This document shows positions 35,979 to 48,100 of a stretch of DNA of 64,000 bases, piece after piece; the first letter of the stretch is position 1, and each line of letters starts with the position of its first letter. The stretch is from the NCBI GenBank assembly GCA_043228905.1, contig JBHGNT010000020.1, forward strand, positions 11,470,001-11,534,000, in the 5' to 3' direction. This DNA is from Azolla caroliniana (lineage: Eukaryota; Plantae; Polypodiophyta). The notes below the pieces were generated by a model. It had not been told where the DNA came from. It did no database searches and was given only the letters and a program-made list of their open reading frames with translations. The position numbers were made by a program, and so were the translations under genes.

Positions 35979-37182
35979 TGTTGGGAAACAGGTCCCTCCG
36001 GATGGGAAGGAAGAAGAACAGTGCCGACGAACAAACTCGGCCGAGGCCGAAACGGGATGAGGAGTACCCGGCTACGGAGAGCCGGATGGCGCAGGCCCGG
36101 TATGAACCGGATGAGGAGTACCCGGCTACGGAGAGCCGGATGGTGCAGGCCCGGTATGAACCGGATGAGGAGTACCCGGCTACGGAGAGCCGAATGGTGC
36201 AAGCCCGGTATGAACCGGATGAGGAGTACCCGGCTACGGAGAGCCGGATGGTGCAGACCTGGTATGAACCGGAGGAAGAGACATATTCGTAAATATGTTT
36301 CTGAGAGCCCATTGTGGCTATATTTGTAAATAGCCGAAAAGTCATATTAGTATAAATATGACTTAGGGCAAACTAATATGTTACTGTTGCTGTTGTTACT
36401 TTTCTTGTTGGTGCAAGAAGAAGAGAGAGCGCGTAACTGTACACAGAGAGAGAGAGAGAGAGACGAGGTCGTTGCCTCTGTTGTAACCGCCGCCTGTGAC
36501 GAAGATCGTGAGTTCGAGGTCATTGCCTCAGTGTACTCACTGTTTTGTACATTCATACATAGTGACAGTTTGCAGCCTGTGGGCTGCCATGGTTTTTCCC
36601 CTAGTTTGGGGTTTTCCACGTAAACCTCCTGTGTACCATCTCTCTTCTCTGTGTCGTGTTTTATTTCCCGTTTTCTGTGTATGAAAAGAATCTTGGTTGT
36701 GGCCGAGCGTCGGACATAAGGAACGTGGAGTTCCCTTCAAGTGGTATCAGAGCGAAATCGACACAGAAAATGGACGAATCGTGTGGCGGCATGTTCAAGC
36801 TCACCGGCTCCAACTATTCAGTGTGGAAGTCGAAGATGAGGGACATGCTCGTGGTTAAAGACCTTTGGCTGCCGGTTCAGTTCGGGGACAAGAGACCGGA
36901 CAAAATCGACGCCGCGATATGGGAGGTGATGCACATGAAGACAACGGCGTACATACGGTGCTTCATCGACATGAGCCTGTACAACAACTTCAATGAAGAG
37001 AGCAAGGCTCATGAGCTCTGGGAGAAGATCGGCATAATGTTCCAAAACAAAAATGTTGTTAATCAGGTTTCGGTATTCCGGAAGCTAGTAAGACTCCGGT
37101 ACCAAGATGGCTCCAGCATGCGGAGCATATGAATGCCTTCCAGGGGCTGATACACCAGGCAACGTCATTGGAAGTACCTCTT
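35979..37182 (+). mobile_element. B-family Copia 5' end: LTR 35979-36739 (4 x 54-bp repeat), PBS-Met 36742-36753, gag from 36770
   Basis: TGTTGGG..CTTCA ends, TGGTATCAGAGC, MDESCGGMFKLTGSNYSVWKSKMRDML. Confidence 0.9.
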
Positions 37183-37282
37183 NNNNNNNNNNNNNNNNNN
37201 NNNNNNNNNNNNNNNNNNNNNNNNNNNNNNNNNNNNNNNNNNNNNNNNNNNNNNNNNNNNNNNNNNNNNNNNNNNNNNNNNN
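37183..37282. other. Assembly gap (100 N)
   Basis: Run of N. Confidence 1.
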
Positions 37283-37831
37283 ATTCGCATAGTGCTGCTA
37301 AACCCTAAAAGAAGTCGGAGGAAATGCGGCTAGCAGCACTATGCGAACTGGAGGAGCAACGGCTGGCCAGCATCCTACACATGGAACTGGAGCAACGACG
37401 ACGGAAAGCGTTCGTTGACCGTCACCGGAAAGGTAATGAGAAGATGTTCGAAATCGGAAAGCCGGTGCTAGTATTCCAAACGAGGATGGGCAAGATGCCG
37501 GGTAAACTCCGGTTCAGATGGACAGGCCCGTATTGGCTGACACGGGAATACAACGGGTCCTATCAGATAGGGACACTTGCCGGTGAAGTACTAGGCAAGT
37601 GGGTGAACGGATTTCGACTAAAGCCCTATAAAGGACCGATGCCAAAGAACCCGTTTATGCAGCAAACCGGCACTATACCGGGAACCTGCCCGAGATCGGT
37701 ACGGATCGATCCGGAAGAAAAAGACGACGGGGAACCCGTAGCAGAGACGAAGGAAGACACGGCAACCCGTAAGGAAAACGGTCAGGGTCCGAAGGGACCT
37801 ACGGATGTGTAAGGTCACACACCGTCATTAA

Positions 37832-37874
<43 letters not shown>

Positions 37875-40800
37875 AAAATCATTAAAAATCGAGGTATGAA
37901 CGGGTGTGAAAGCAAGGAGCGAAAAGGTACGTAGTGGGCATTTAAGAGACGCCACGCTACTTAATACTAAATTGGTACACGACGTGTGCATGCTCGAAAA
38001 AGGCGCCAAAACGCACAAAGAAGAAGCAGAACGCATGGAGACCTTTTCATTTCGCGAGCCAAGAAGCACAGAAGCACCAAGACAGTGGAAGCTGAGCAAA
38101 CGCGAACCTGCACGCAGAGAACCCCCACGTTCAGAACGCTCTCTCTCTCGTCCTCACTCTCATCACCACTCTACCTCGCCATCTTTCCTCGACCTCGAAG
38201 CAGACATGGAACCACAAACGCTGTCGGAAGCGGCCAGGAAATGGTTCAGGCAACACGGACTGGAGGGCTTCTTGGCCATCATGGAAGCACCACCGCACAG
38301 AGAAGCCGACCAGGTCATCAAGGAGCTCGACAAGGAAGTCATCACCGAGGAAGCGATCCGTGCGCTAACAGGCCTTCCGGAGGGAGGAATTTTTCAGATT
38401 GATAATCCAACCTCGGAGCAACTCATCCGATATTTCGGTGAGTACTCTGTAGCCGGCAAAGGCTATCGAACGCAGGGCGGCGAAGATCCGCTATTCAGGG
38501 AGATAGCTCGAGTGCTCCATGAGTACGGCCACGTGTACCCCCGACCCCCTGTCATGCCAAAAAATCGGGCAGGGATGATCATAGCCACCTATGAAGGGAC
38601 CAAGGTGGATTGGCCGGTGTTGATTGCAGACGGTTTGTGCGTGGCAATCGACATGGTACGAGGAAAGGACGGCAAGGAGGGCCGGAAGCTGTGGCATGCC
38701 GTCGCTCAGTGGATAACATTGCTCGTGCCGCCGGTCGAGACCGTTCAGCCAAAGAAGCGGCCAAGAGTATCGGAAGGAAGCACCTCGAAGCCGGCGTCCA
38801 AACGACAGCAGCTGCTGGCGTCGAAGGCGACGAAAGGGAAGAAACGGGTCCCAGAACCGGAGGAGGTGTCACCGGTCCGACCCGTCAAGATAACCATACG
38901 GAGACCGGGACAGAAGGAACCGGAACCCTTGACGGCACAGAAACATGCCGTGACACAGGAAGAGGAAACGGAGGAGCCAGAAGAGCACCTCCAACGACGG
39001 TCAAGAAGTAGGACCGCCGAGACAGGAGGGGAGCGGTCGTACCCGCGAGAGGCAGAAACGCCCCCAACTCAACCTGAGCAAACCACAAGGGAGGAACCGG
39101 AACCGGTGCGTAGGGAACCGGTCTTGTCGACTTCTGTAGAAGAAGTCAGTCCAACGGCTCCGGAGACGGCGAGAACCAGAACTCAACAGCCGGCGAGCCC
39201 AGCCAGCACACACGGCGGCCAAGGAGTAGAACCAGAACGGCATATGCAGGCACTCAGGCCAGACAATTCCACAGGGAATGAGCCGACCCGACCAGTACAG
39301 CAACAAGGCACCAGTAGCATGTGGCTACGGTGGGTAGGCGAGCAAATCGCCGGAGCGGTCGAGTATATAGAGGCGGAAGAGAGAGCGCACCAAGAACGGT
39401 TGCTCGTCACAACCGTAGATCTAGAGACGGCCCGGTCCAGAATCCGGAGCCTTGAACAAGACTTGGACAGGGTCACAAGGGAAATGGCTCAAATCGCTTT
39501 GACAACACAAGTCCAAGCACCGGTGACTCCGGGCAATGTACAGAATAAAGCGACAGATCAACCTGTACATAGCAATCAGACCCCAGCAACGGAAACCGTT
39601 CCGGAGAGAAATGCGGCACAAGCCCAAGAGCTTGCGGATTTAAAGGATGAGCTAGCTGCCCAAGAAGCGCTGAGGAGCCGCGAAAGAGAATTGAAGACGG
39701 CAGCGGAGGCAGAACTCAAAAAGACTGCTGAGAATCTACGCCGGGCCGAGGAGAGCTTACGGAAAGGCCACCAAGCGTACGACCGGCTCAAGGAGGAGAA
39801 GGAGAAAATGCTGCAAGAGAAGGAGAGGCTCCGGAGGAACGCCGAAACAGAAGTAGAGCGCCTGAAAGAGGAACTCCGGCAGGTAAAGGACCGGGAGGAC
39901 CGGAACCATCGCCAGATCAACGGCAAGCTCAAACAAAAAACGGAGGAATTTGAGCAATTGCACCGGGAGTATAAACGGTTGCAAACGGAGCACAAGGAAC
40001 GGACGGATGAGCTCCGGCAAGCAGTTGATCGGACCGCAACCGCATTCGCCAAGGAACAAGCGGAAAACAGAAGACGGTTGGAAGAGGCGGAGAAGGTTCG
40101 GACAGAGCTCCTCAGGCAACAGCAGGCGGAAAAAGAAAGAGCGGCGGAGGTACTGCAGAGGCTGCAAATGACATATCAAGGGCAGCTGACGCGCTACAGA
40201 GAGCAGGCGGAGGATACGGCAAATCTCATCAAGCAGTTGAAGGAGGAGCGACAAGTGGTGGAAAGCAGAGCACAAATGGGAGCAAGTCGCATCCAGGATA
40301 TCATGCGGGCCTGGTTGAACCAGACTAAGAGCTTGATTGACAACGGTTCCGTCAAATGGTGGACCAAGTGGGCCACGAACGCGGCGGAACTCCAATTGCT
40401 CCGGGCCAACGTAGAGAACCGGCGGAAGGAGGGAGATGATTGCTATATGCTGAATTCTGAAGATTTCACCGGCATAAGAGATGAGCTGGCCGAAGACTTT
40501 CAAGCCTTGGCAGAGGACCAACTAGAGCAAGTCCGGCAACTTGTAGCTCAGCTGGACGACGACAGGCTGGAGGCGCAGATCCAGTTTGAAAGCTACGAGA
40601 GGTCCCGGATCCGGGGAGAGAAAGAACGAGAACCAGTTACGGTCAACCTCAGTGATGAGGAACCCTTACTGGAAGGAGACCGGACCGGAAGCAGTCAAAC
40701 GGAGATGCCAGAGCCAGAGAGACAAACGGAGCAGCCGGAGCAGCCTCAGTCCCAACCGCAACCACAGCAGCAGCAGCAAGCACAGCCGCAACAACCACAA

Positions 40801-41331
40801 CCGGAAGAACAAGTGGAAATTCTTGAACAAAGTAATTTGGACAATTTGGGTGAACAATGAAGGGGCCGAGAAGGGTTCGACGTACAAGGTACTGTCCCAC
40901 GGGCGTGCCATGTGTTACCGGCCGGCAAGGAGTCCAAAATACGGAGTGAAGGAATTAATTAGATATGGTTGTAAATGAGCATAGTGTGGACGGACGGACT
41001 GGAAACGGTATGCCGTTCCAGATCCGGACGGATCCCGAATAGGTGCGAGAGGCACCGTTTTGTACTACGGGCCGGAAACCTATTTAAAGGCCCGGACCCC
41101 ATTGTAATGACAGCGGATAATTAATAGAGCTTATGATGTTTATACTTCTGTCTTGATTTCCGTTCTGTAATTACTGTTATATCTTACGCGTGTAATTAAC
41201 CAAAGCATTCTAATCGTGTAACCTATGTAAGTCGGTGTAATCGTTGAATCTTAATCCATAGCCGTAATCACCCTTTGGTGAAGTGTCTCCGTGACACCTT
41301 GTGTTAGGCCTTGTCCGGCTAGAGAATAACA
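37283..41331 (+). mobile_element. 3' part of Ty3/Gypsy element G with an extra ORF; 3' LTR about 40913-41331
   Basis: Integrase C-terminus (GKLRFRWTGPY, VNGFRLKPY), poly(A) 37838-37872, long extra ORF, TGTTA..TAACA LTR. B-family Copia sequence resumes at 41332. Confidence 0.8.
37906..40860 (+). CDS. Extra 3' ORF of Gypsy G (984 codons open; likely start at MEPQTL about 38206): N-terminal globular domain, basic NLS-like patch, long coiled coil, Q/P-rich tail
   Basis: Uninterrupted 2.9-kb ORF between pol and the 3' LTR, in sense orientation. Confidence 0.85.
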   Translation: MKARSEKVRSGHLRDATLLNTKLVHDVCMLEKGAKTHKEEAERMETFSFREPRSTEAPRQWKLSKREPARREPPRSERSLSRPHSHHHSTSPSFLDLEADMEPQTLSEAARKWFRQHGLEGFLAIMEAPPHREADQVIKELDKEVITEEAIRALTGLPEGGIFQIDNPTSEQLIRYFGEYSVAGKGYRTQGGEDPLFREIARVLHEYGHVYPRPPVMPKNRAGMIIATYEGTKVDWPVLIADGLCVAIDMVRGKDGKEGRKLWHAVAQWITLLVPPVETVQPKKRPRVSEGSTSKPASKRQQLLASKATKGKKRVPEPEEVSPVRPVKITIRRPGQKEPEPLTAQKHAVTQEEETEEPEEHLQRRSRSRTAETGGERSYPREAETPPTQPEQTTREEPEPVRREPVLSTSVEEVSPTAPETARTRTQQPASPASTHGGQGVEPERHMQALRPDNSTGNEPTRPVQQQGTSSMWLRWVGEQIAGAVEYIEAEERAHQERLLVTTVDLETARSRIRSLEQDLDRVTREMAQIALTTQVQAPVTPGNVQNKATDQPVHSNQTPATETVPERNAAQAQELADLKDELAAQEALRSRERELKTAAEAELKKTAENLRRAEESLRKGHQAYDRLKEEKEKMLQEKERLRRNAETEVERLKEELRQVKDREDRNHRQINGKLKQKTEEFEQLHREYKRLQTEHKERTDELRQAVDRTATAFAKEQAENRRRLEEAEKVRTELLRQQQAEKERAAEVLQRLQMTYQGQLTRYREQAEDTANLIKQLKEERQVVESRAQMGASRIQDIMRAWLNQTKSLIDNGSVKWWTKWATNAAELQLLRANVENRRKEGDDCYMLNSEDFTGIRDELAEDFQALAEDQLEQVRQLVAQLDDDRLEAQIQFESYERSRIRGEKEREPVTVNLSDEEPLLEGDRTGSSQTEMPEPERQTEQPEQPQSQPQPQQQQQAQPQQPQPEEQVEILEQSNLDNLGEQ

Positions 41332-44047
41332 CTCGCCGACTGGGAGTCGGAGAAGAAGATGATGAACTCCGAGTCGACCGGTAAGGATAGACTCTACGAT
41401 GAGCAGACCCAACCGGTAGGAGACCGGTTAGCACTCGAGGAACCAGCCGGTTACGGTGAGGATACCGAACCGGCAGAAGAAGAAGTAGAGGAAGCTGAGA
41501 CCGGTGCCGGCCTAGACCCCGAATCGGATTCGGATGAAGAGCAAATGGAGGAGCCGGCTACCAAAGCCCAAAGACGGAGATATCCTCTCAGAGAGAGAAG
41601 GGCCCCCCGGAGATTTCCGGATGTAGAGCATGTTCTGCTGACCGATGAGGGGGAGCCGGAAAGCTTCAAAGAAGCGAAGGATGACACCCACAGCCGAAAA
41701 TGGTTAAGTGCCATGCAGGACGAGATGGATTCCCCGCATGAGAACCATACGTACGAATTGGTGGAGTTGCCGAAAGGAAAGCGGGCACTCCGAAACAAGT
41801 GGGTGTACAAGTTGAAACCGGGAGATGCCGGCAACCCCCCGAGATACAAAGCCAGGATCGTGGTGAAGGGGTTCCAGCAGAAGAAGGGTGTGGACTTCGA
41901 CGAGATATTTGCCCCGGTAGTAAAGATGACCTCCATCCGGACAGTGCTGAGTATAGCGGCAAGCATGGACCTTGAGGTAGAGCAGCTGGACGTGAAGACG
42001 ACATTCCTTCACGGCGACCTCGAAGAGGAGATCTACATGCAGCAACCAGAAGGATTTGTGGAAAAAGGGAAGGAGCACCTGGTATGCCGGCTGAAGAAGA
42101 GCTTGTACGGACTAAAGCAGGCTCCCCGACAATGGTACCGGAAGTTCGATTCCTTCATGATCGATCAAGGGTACCACAAGATGCAGGCCGATCACTGCGT
42201 GTTTGTGAAGAAGTTCGAAGGAGGCGACTTCCTGATACTCCTCCTGTACGTGGATGACATGTTGATCGTCGAACGTGACCAAGTCAAAATACGGATGCTG
42301 AAGAAGGCTCTCAACCGGACCTTCTCAATGAAAGACTTGGGTCCAGCAAGACAGATGCTGGGAATGCATATCATTCGGGACCGGTCAGTGAAGCAATTAT
42401 GGCTGCCACAGGAGAAGTATGTGACAAAGGTGCTTCACCGGTTCAACATGTCAGAGGCGAAACCGGTCAGATCGACAGTTCCAGCAAGCAGCAGGCTATC
42501 CGGCAAGCAAAGCCCGAAGACGAAAGCAGAGAAGGCGGATATGATGAAGATCCCATATGCCTCTGCCGTCGGGAGCTTGATGTACGCAATGGTTTGTACC
42601 CGACCGGATATAGGATACGCAATCGGAGTGGTGAGCCGGTTTATGAGCAATCCCGGCAAGGAGCACTGGAACGCGGTCAAATGGATACTCTGGTATTTGA
42701 AGGGCACTTCAAATATGTGTCTCCGATTCGGCTCCGGAAAACCTCAACTGGACGGTTTCACCGATTCGGACATGTCGGCTGATGTGGATACCAGCCGGTC
42801 TACATCCGGGTATGTGATGACATATGTAGGGGGAGCTATTTCGTGGCAGTCGAGGCTGCAGAAGACGGTTGCATTGTCAACCACGGAGGCGGAGTACATG
42901 GCGGCTGTGGAAGCCGGCAAGGAAATATTATGGATGAAGAACTTCATCGGAGAGCTCGGTATCCGGCAAGAGGAATACCGACTCTATTGCGACAGTCAAA
43001 GTGCCATCCACCTTGCTAAGAATGCGGCCTACCATTCTCGGACGAAGCATATCCAGCGAAGATATCACTGGATCCGGGAAAGAGTAGATGACCAGGAGTT
43101 CGCGCTGACGAAGATCCACACGGCCGAGAACGGGTCAGATATGTTGACCAAAGTGCTGATACCCGACAAGCTGGATGCATGCCGGAAGAGAATCGGACCG
43201 GTAAGACACCCCATGCCGGAGCGAAGGGGGAGTTTGTTGGGAGACAGGTCCCTCCGGATGGGAAGGGAGAAGAACAGTGCCGATAAACAAACTCGGCCAA
43301 GGCCGAAACCGTATGAGGAGTACCCGGCTACGGAGGACCGGATGGTGCAGACCCGGTCAAGACCAGATGAGGAGTACCCGACTACGGAGAGCCGGATGAT
43401 GCAGACCCGGTCAAGACCGGATGAGGAGTACCCGGCTACGGAGAGCCGGATGATGTAGACCCGGTCAAGACCGGATGAGGAGTACCCGGCTACGGAGAGC
43501 CAGATGATGCAGACCCGGTGAAGACCGGATGAGGAGTACCCGGCTACGGAGAGTCGGATGATGCAAATCCGGTGAAGACCGGATGAAGAGACATATTCGT
43601 AAATATGTTTTTTGAAGAGCCCACCGTGGTTATATTTGTAAATAGCCGAAAAGTCATATTAGTATAAATATGACTTAGGGCAAACTTTTAGTTGTTGTTG
43701 ATTGTTGTCATTCTTGTTGGTGCAAGAATAGAGAGCGTGCGTAACTGTACAGAGAGAGAGAGAGAGAACGAGGTCGTTGCCTCTGTTGTAACCGCCGCAT
43801 GTGCGAAGATCGTGAGCACGAGGTTGTTGCCTCCGTGAACTCACTGTTTGTACATTCTTACATAGTGACAGTTTGCAGCCTGTGGACTGCCGTGGTTTTT
43901 CCCCTAGTTTGGGGTTTTCCACGTAAACCTCCTGTGTATTGTGTGTATCCTCTCTCACTTCGTGTCGTGCATTTGTTTCCCGTTTTCTGCGTATGAAAAG
44001 AAGCTCGGTTGTGGCCGAGCATCGGACATAAGGAGCGTTGAGTTCCC

Positions 44048-44051
<4 letters not shown>
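41332..44051 (+). mobile_element. B-family Copia 3' half (RT, RNase H, PPT, 3' LTR 43235-44051)
   Basis: ORF 41359-43458 with YVDD and FTDSDMSAD, PPT AAGGGGGAGTT, LTR with 5 x 54-bp repeat. Confidence 0.92.
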
Positions 44052-44113
<62 letters not shown>

Positions 44114-44172
44114 TGGTCCAAGACCCTCGTGGCCCCGCCTCTTCCTACATGCGAACGCGAAACTTCGCAACA
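44052..44172 (+). repeat. (TC)n microsatellite plus the 3' end of a D-related Gypsy LTR
   Basis: GTCCAAGACCCTCGTGG..CGCAACA resembles the D LTR end GTCCAAGGCCCCCGTGG..CGCGACA. Confidence 0.65.
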
Positions 44173-45087
44173 ACGTTTTCCTTTTGCAATAAGCTTTCCA
44201 TGTTTCTCTATAAAGCATCCACTTTGCTTAAACTTCACTGACATCTTACCTTTTACCAAGGTATTTAGCTCAGTCTTCAACTGAAGCTTTCTAGCCTTTG
44301 TTTTTATTGGAAACAGTTTTACCAAACTGTTCCAAGCTTCTTTTGGAAGCAAAGTATCTTGTATGTGTACAAGCATCGAATATGAGATGCCTTGCCCCTT
44401 GATTCCATTCCTTAAATGCTTTAATCTGTGCAGCAGTTGCATTTTCTTCAGGGATCTCTGGAGCCTCTTCTAGGTCTCCTTCAATGTAATCCCAGTATCC
44501 TTTTCCCATCAGGAAATTTGTCATTCTGAATTTCCACGTAGGGAAATTGTTTTTGTCCAACTTTTCTGTGACTATTTGGCTTCCATTCTCAGTAGCCATT
44601 CTCTCTTTCAAATTAGGGCTTTTGCTACGATTAACTTCACAGACAACTCTCTGATTCAAACGAGCAACTAGAAACAAACTTCTCAGATTTGTACTATTCT
44701 AATCTTTACGAACAACTCTGATATGATACCATGGTACGAAGGTGCTCCGCCTCTTCTTTGTGCACACCAGATCGTGATGCGCTGGATCGTTTAATGTGCT
44801 CAAGACAGAAAAGGAAGGGGGAAGGAGACTTAGCTCTGTAGCAAAACCAAAAGCTTCTATTTCATTATATAGAGAGAACCCCTCTCGTCTGTTTTCTTCT
44901 TCTCTTACAACTACTCTCTCTCTCCTACTTTTTTACCTAAGTTATAAGTGACTTACATATGCAGCTAATTAGTTGTGACTAGCTAAATAGTTGTGCATAA
45001 CTAAATAGATGTTTCACCTTTATGTCCACTTGTAGCTAATTTTGTAATAGCTACTATAGAAGATTTCACTTACCAATATGCATCACA
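44173..45087 (-). mobile_element. Copia H 5' remnant: LTR 44732-45087, PBS about 44720-44731, gag fragment
   Basis: MATENGSQIVTEKLDKNNFPTWKFRMTNFLMGKGYW, and TGGTATCA next to the LTR. Confidence 0.75.
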
Positions 45088-45119
45088 TACTGTTGTTGAG
45101 CTTGTTTTTCAACAGTGAC

Positions 45120-48100
45120 TTCGGATCGAGTCTCCTGAATTTCGAATCAGATTCGGCTTGTGGTCAAAACTGACTAGAACAAATTCAGGTGAGCTAGTTT
45201 GTTGCACCCAACCATTGTTCGTAGCCAACCCCGAACAAAGCCTCTCAAATTCGACACAGATGGCATCAACATCCGGCTTGTCAGAGATGAGTCTAAGGAA
45301 GTTCGATGGATCAAACTTCAACTTCTGGAAGGAGCAGATGCAAGACTATCTAATAGTCAAGGGGCAACTCAACCCCATCGAAAACGAAAATGCTCCAAAA
45401 GGATACAAGCCACTTGAATGAGAGAAGCTCGACAAAATTGTCTGAGCCACCATTCAAATGCACCTATAAGAGTCCGTGTACTTCACGGTGCAATTGTGTT
45501 CGACTGCCTTCCAACTATGGAAGACACTCTTAGACACGTACGAAAAAAAGGTAACCGCCACGGAGATATATTTGATTCATTGCCTTTATAAACTTTGGAT
45601 GAAAGAATTCGATTTAGTCCAAGCACACCTCAACGAGTACGAAAGTCAGAGCTCCCAAATTTCGGCTCAGGGGACAACTATCGAGGATGAACTAAGAGCA
45701 ATGTTGCTTATGAATAGTCTCCACCCTACGTGGGAAACTTTCGTCACAACCGTGTGCAACGCATTGACTACGACCGTTAAATACTCAGTCACGAGTGGAA
45801 TTCTGATTGAAGCAGCTCAGAGGAAATTTTTTACAAACGATTCGGCTAATAACGCGTATGTAGTACAAGGTTCGACTGACCGATCGAACAGCCGAGGAAG
45901 AGGTTCTTCACGACAACCGAACAACTAGCGAAGTCGGAGCAAGTCCCAGGATAATTGAGTATGAAATTGTTGCAAGAAACCCAGACACATAAAAGCTGAT
46001 TTCCGTGCAGTGAAGGCCAAAAACGATAAGGCTCAGCGAGCAGATAAGAAGAATGACCGGCATGAGGAGGTCAACTACGTCAGCTCCTCAACCAAGGTAT
46101 TGTCAAACGACCTGAACATCCTATCCATTGAAAACCCAGTCGAATCATAAGTTTTTCTTACGACTGAAGAGTCAAGAACTTGGTTCCTGGACTCGGGTGC
46201 TTCATATCACGTAACCCATCATCGACCCCAATTTCGGCAATACTCAGTTTGACATTCCAACTCAGTTCGAGTCGGAAATTCGCAGCACTGCGCAATTATT
46301 GGAATCGGCACAGTAGAGCTCAACCTTCTGGGTGGCTCTACAGTGGTACTACATAATGTCCGACACGTACCTGACTCTCAAGACCTTTGATCTCAGTTGG
46401 ACAATTGGATGAAGACGACATCTGTGTTGGCTTCTCATTAGGAGGATGGACACTCCAAAGGGGGAACCTCCTGTTTGCTCGAGGACCAAAAGTACACTTG
46501 TTGTACCCGTTATATATCACACTTAGAGAGGGTGACTTGTTCTTGGTTGACATTCCCGTGTCATCACTTTGGCATGGACAACTCGAACACCTCAACAAAG
46601 CAGGCACCACGCATTTATCTAGAGCTGGATACATCCCCAAACTCTCCTTCTCTGATCATTAGTTCTGCGAGCATTGCCAGTACGACAAATAGATAGTCGC
46701 ATCACATTCGACATCAGCACCAAGAGAATCGAGTCCCCTCGATTTGGTCCATTCGGACGTCTATGGCCCCATGCCACATCAGTCTCTCAGCGGTGCTTTG
46801 TATTTCGTCACCTTTATTGACAACTCGACTTAGAAGTTGTGGGCTTACCCAATTAAAACTAAAGATCGAGTGTTCTCGATTTCTCCGATTGGCTTGCTAT
46901 GGTCGAGAATCAATTCGGCCAAAAATTGAAATGCTTTTGGACAGATAGTGGAGGAGAGTTCAAATCTGAAGAATTTGTCAGATTCTGCAGACAACGCGGC
47001 ATATGACATGAATATAAGGCACCCCATAGTCCAGAGCAAAACAAAATTGTTGAGTGGACGAATCAGACAATTCAAGAAAGGATAGTTTCCATGCTCCAAC
47101 ACTCTAGACTATCGGATGGCTTCTGGGTAGAGGCACTACTTACGGTAGTATACATAATCAATATGTCGCCTAGTAGGCCTCTAGAACTTCAGATACCTTA
47201 GGAACTATGGAACGGTAGCAAGCCGAATTACGACAACCTGAGGATTTTCGGGTGCGAGGCATACGCAGTCATACCGAAAGACGATCACCGTAAACTTGCA
47301 CCAAGGTCCAGGAAATGCATTTTCCTCGGTTATGAACTAGATGGCAAAATCGGTTGCTGACTATGGGACACTGAGCACAGACAGATCGAAGTTTAGACAT
47401 AGTGTTCAATGAGTCAGCCATGCATCAATTGGTCGAAAAGCCAATCGAAGTCTGAAGGGTAATTTTTTCGGATGTGCCAACCCTTCACGAAGGCCCAGAA
47501 CACAGCAAAAGATTAGCTTCACGGGTAGCCGACACCTCTAGTACCGACTCAGTAGAATCCGACTCGGCACAACCGAATGTTTCGGCTTCTGACCATCCGA
47601 CTTCGACACCCGATGCGACTAGTCTAGTCATACCTCGAAGATCACTATCGCAACCCCCGGAGAGATACTCTCCTGGAATATTCTTTACGGACTCTGGAGA
47701 ACCGAAGTCATACGAAGAAGCATCAACATCTGCCAATTCAGCCACTTAGCATCTAGCAATGGAGTCTAAGATGAACTCCATTCGAGCAAACCAAAATTGG
47801 GACTTGGTCGAACTACCGAAAAATCGACGTGCTCTTCCGTGCAAATGGGTCTATAGAATTAAAGAGAAGTCCAATTCGGCCACCCCAAAATTCAAGGCTA
47901 GATTAGTTGCGAAAGGGTTTCAACAGGAATATGGCGTCGATTTCGACGAAATTTTTTCAACAATGGTGAAAATGACAACCCTATGCTTTATGTTTGGCGT
48001 CGTGGCAGCTAAGAATTTGGAGTTGATTCAGCTAGATGTTAAAACGACATTCCTCCATGGTGATCTAGAGGAGGAAATTTATATGGACCAGCCGAAAGGC

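Noticed and set aside
35979-44051. One full-length B-family element spanning the gap
   Set aside because: The flanks do not form a TSD (GACTA against TCTCT), the two LTRs differ in sequence and repeat variants, and an N-gap lies between them. They are probably two different insertions.
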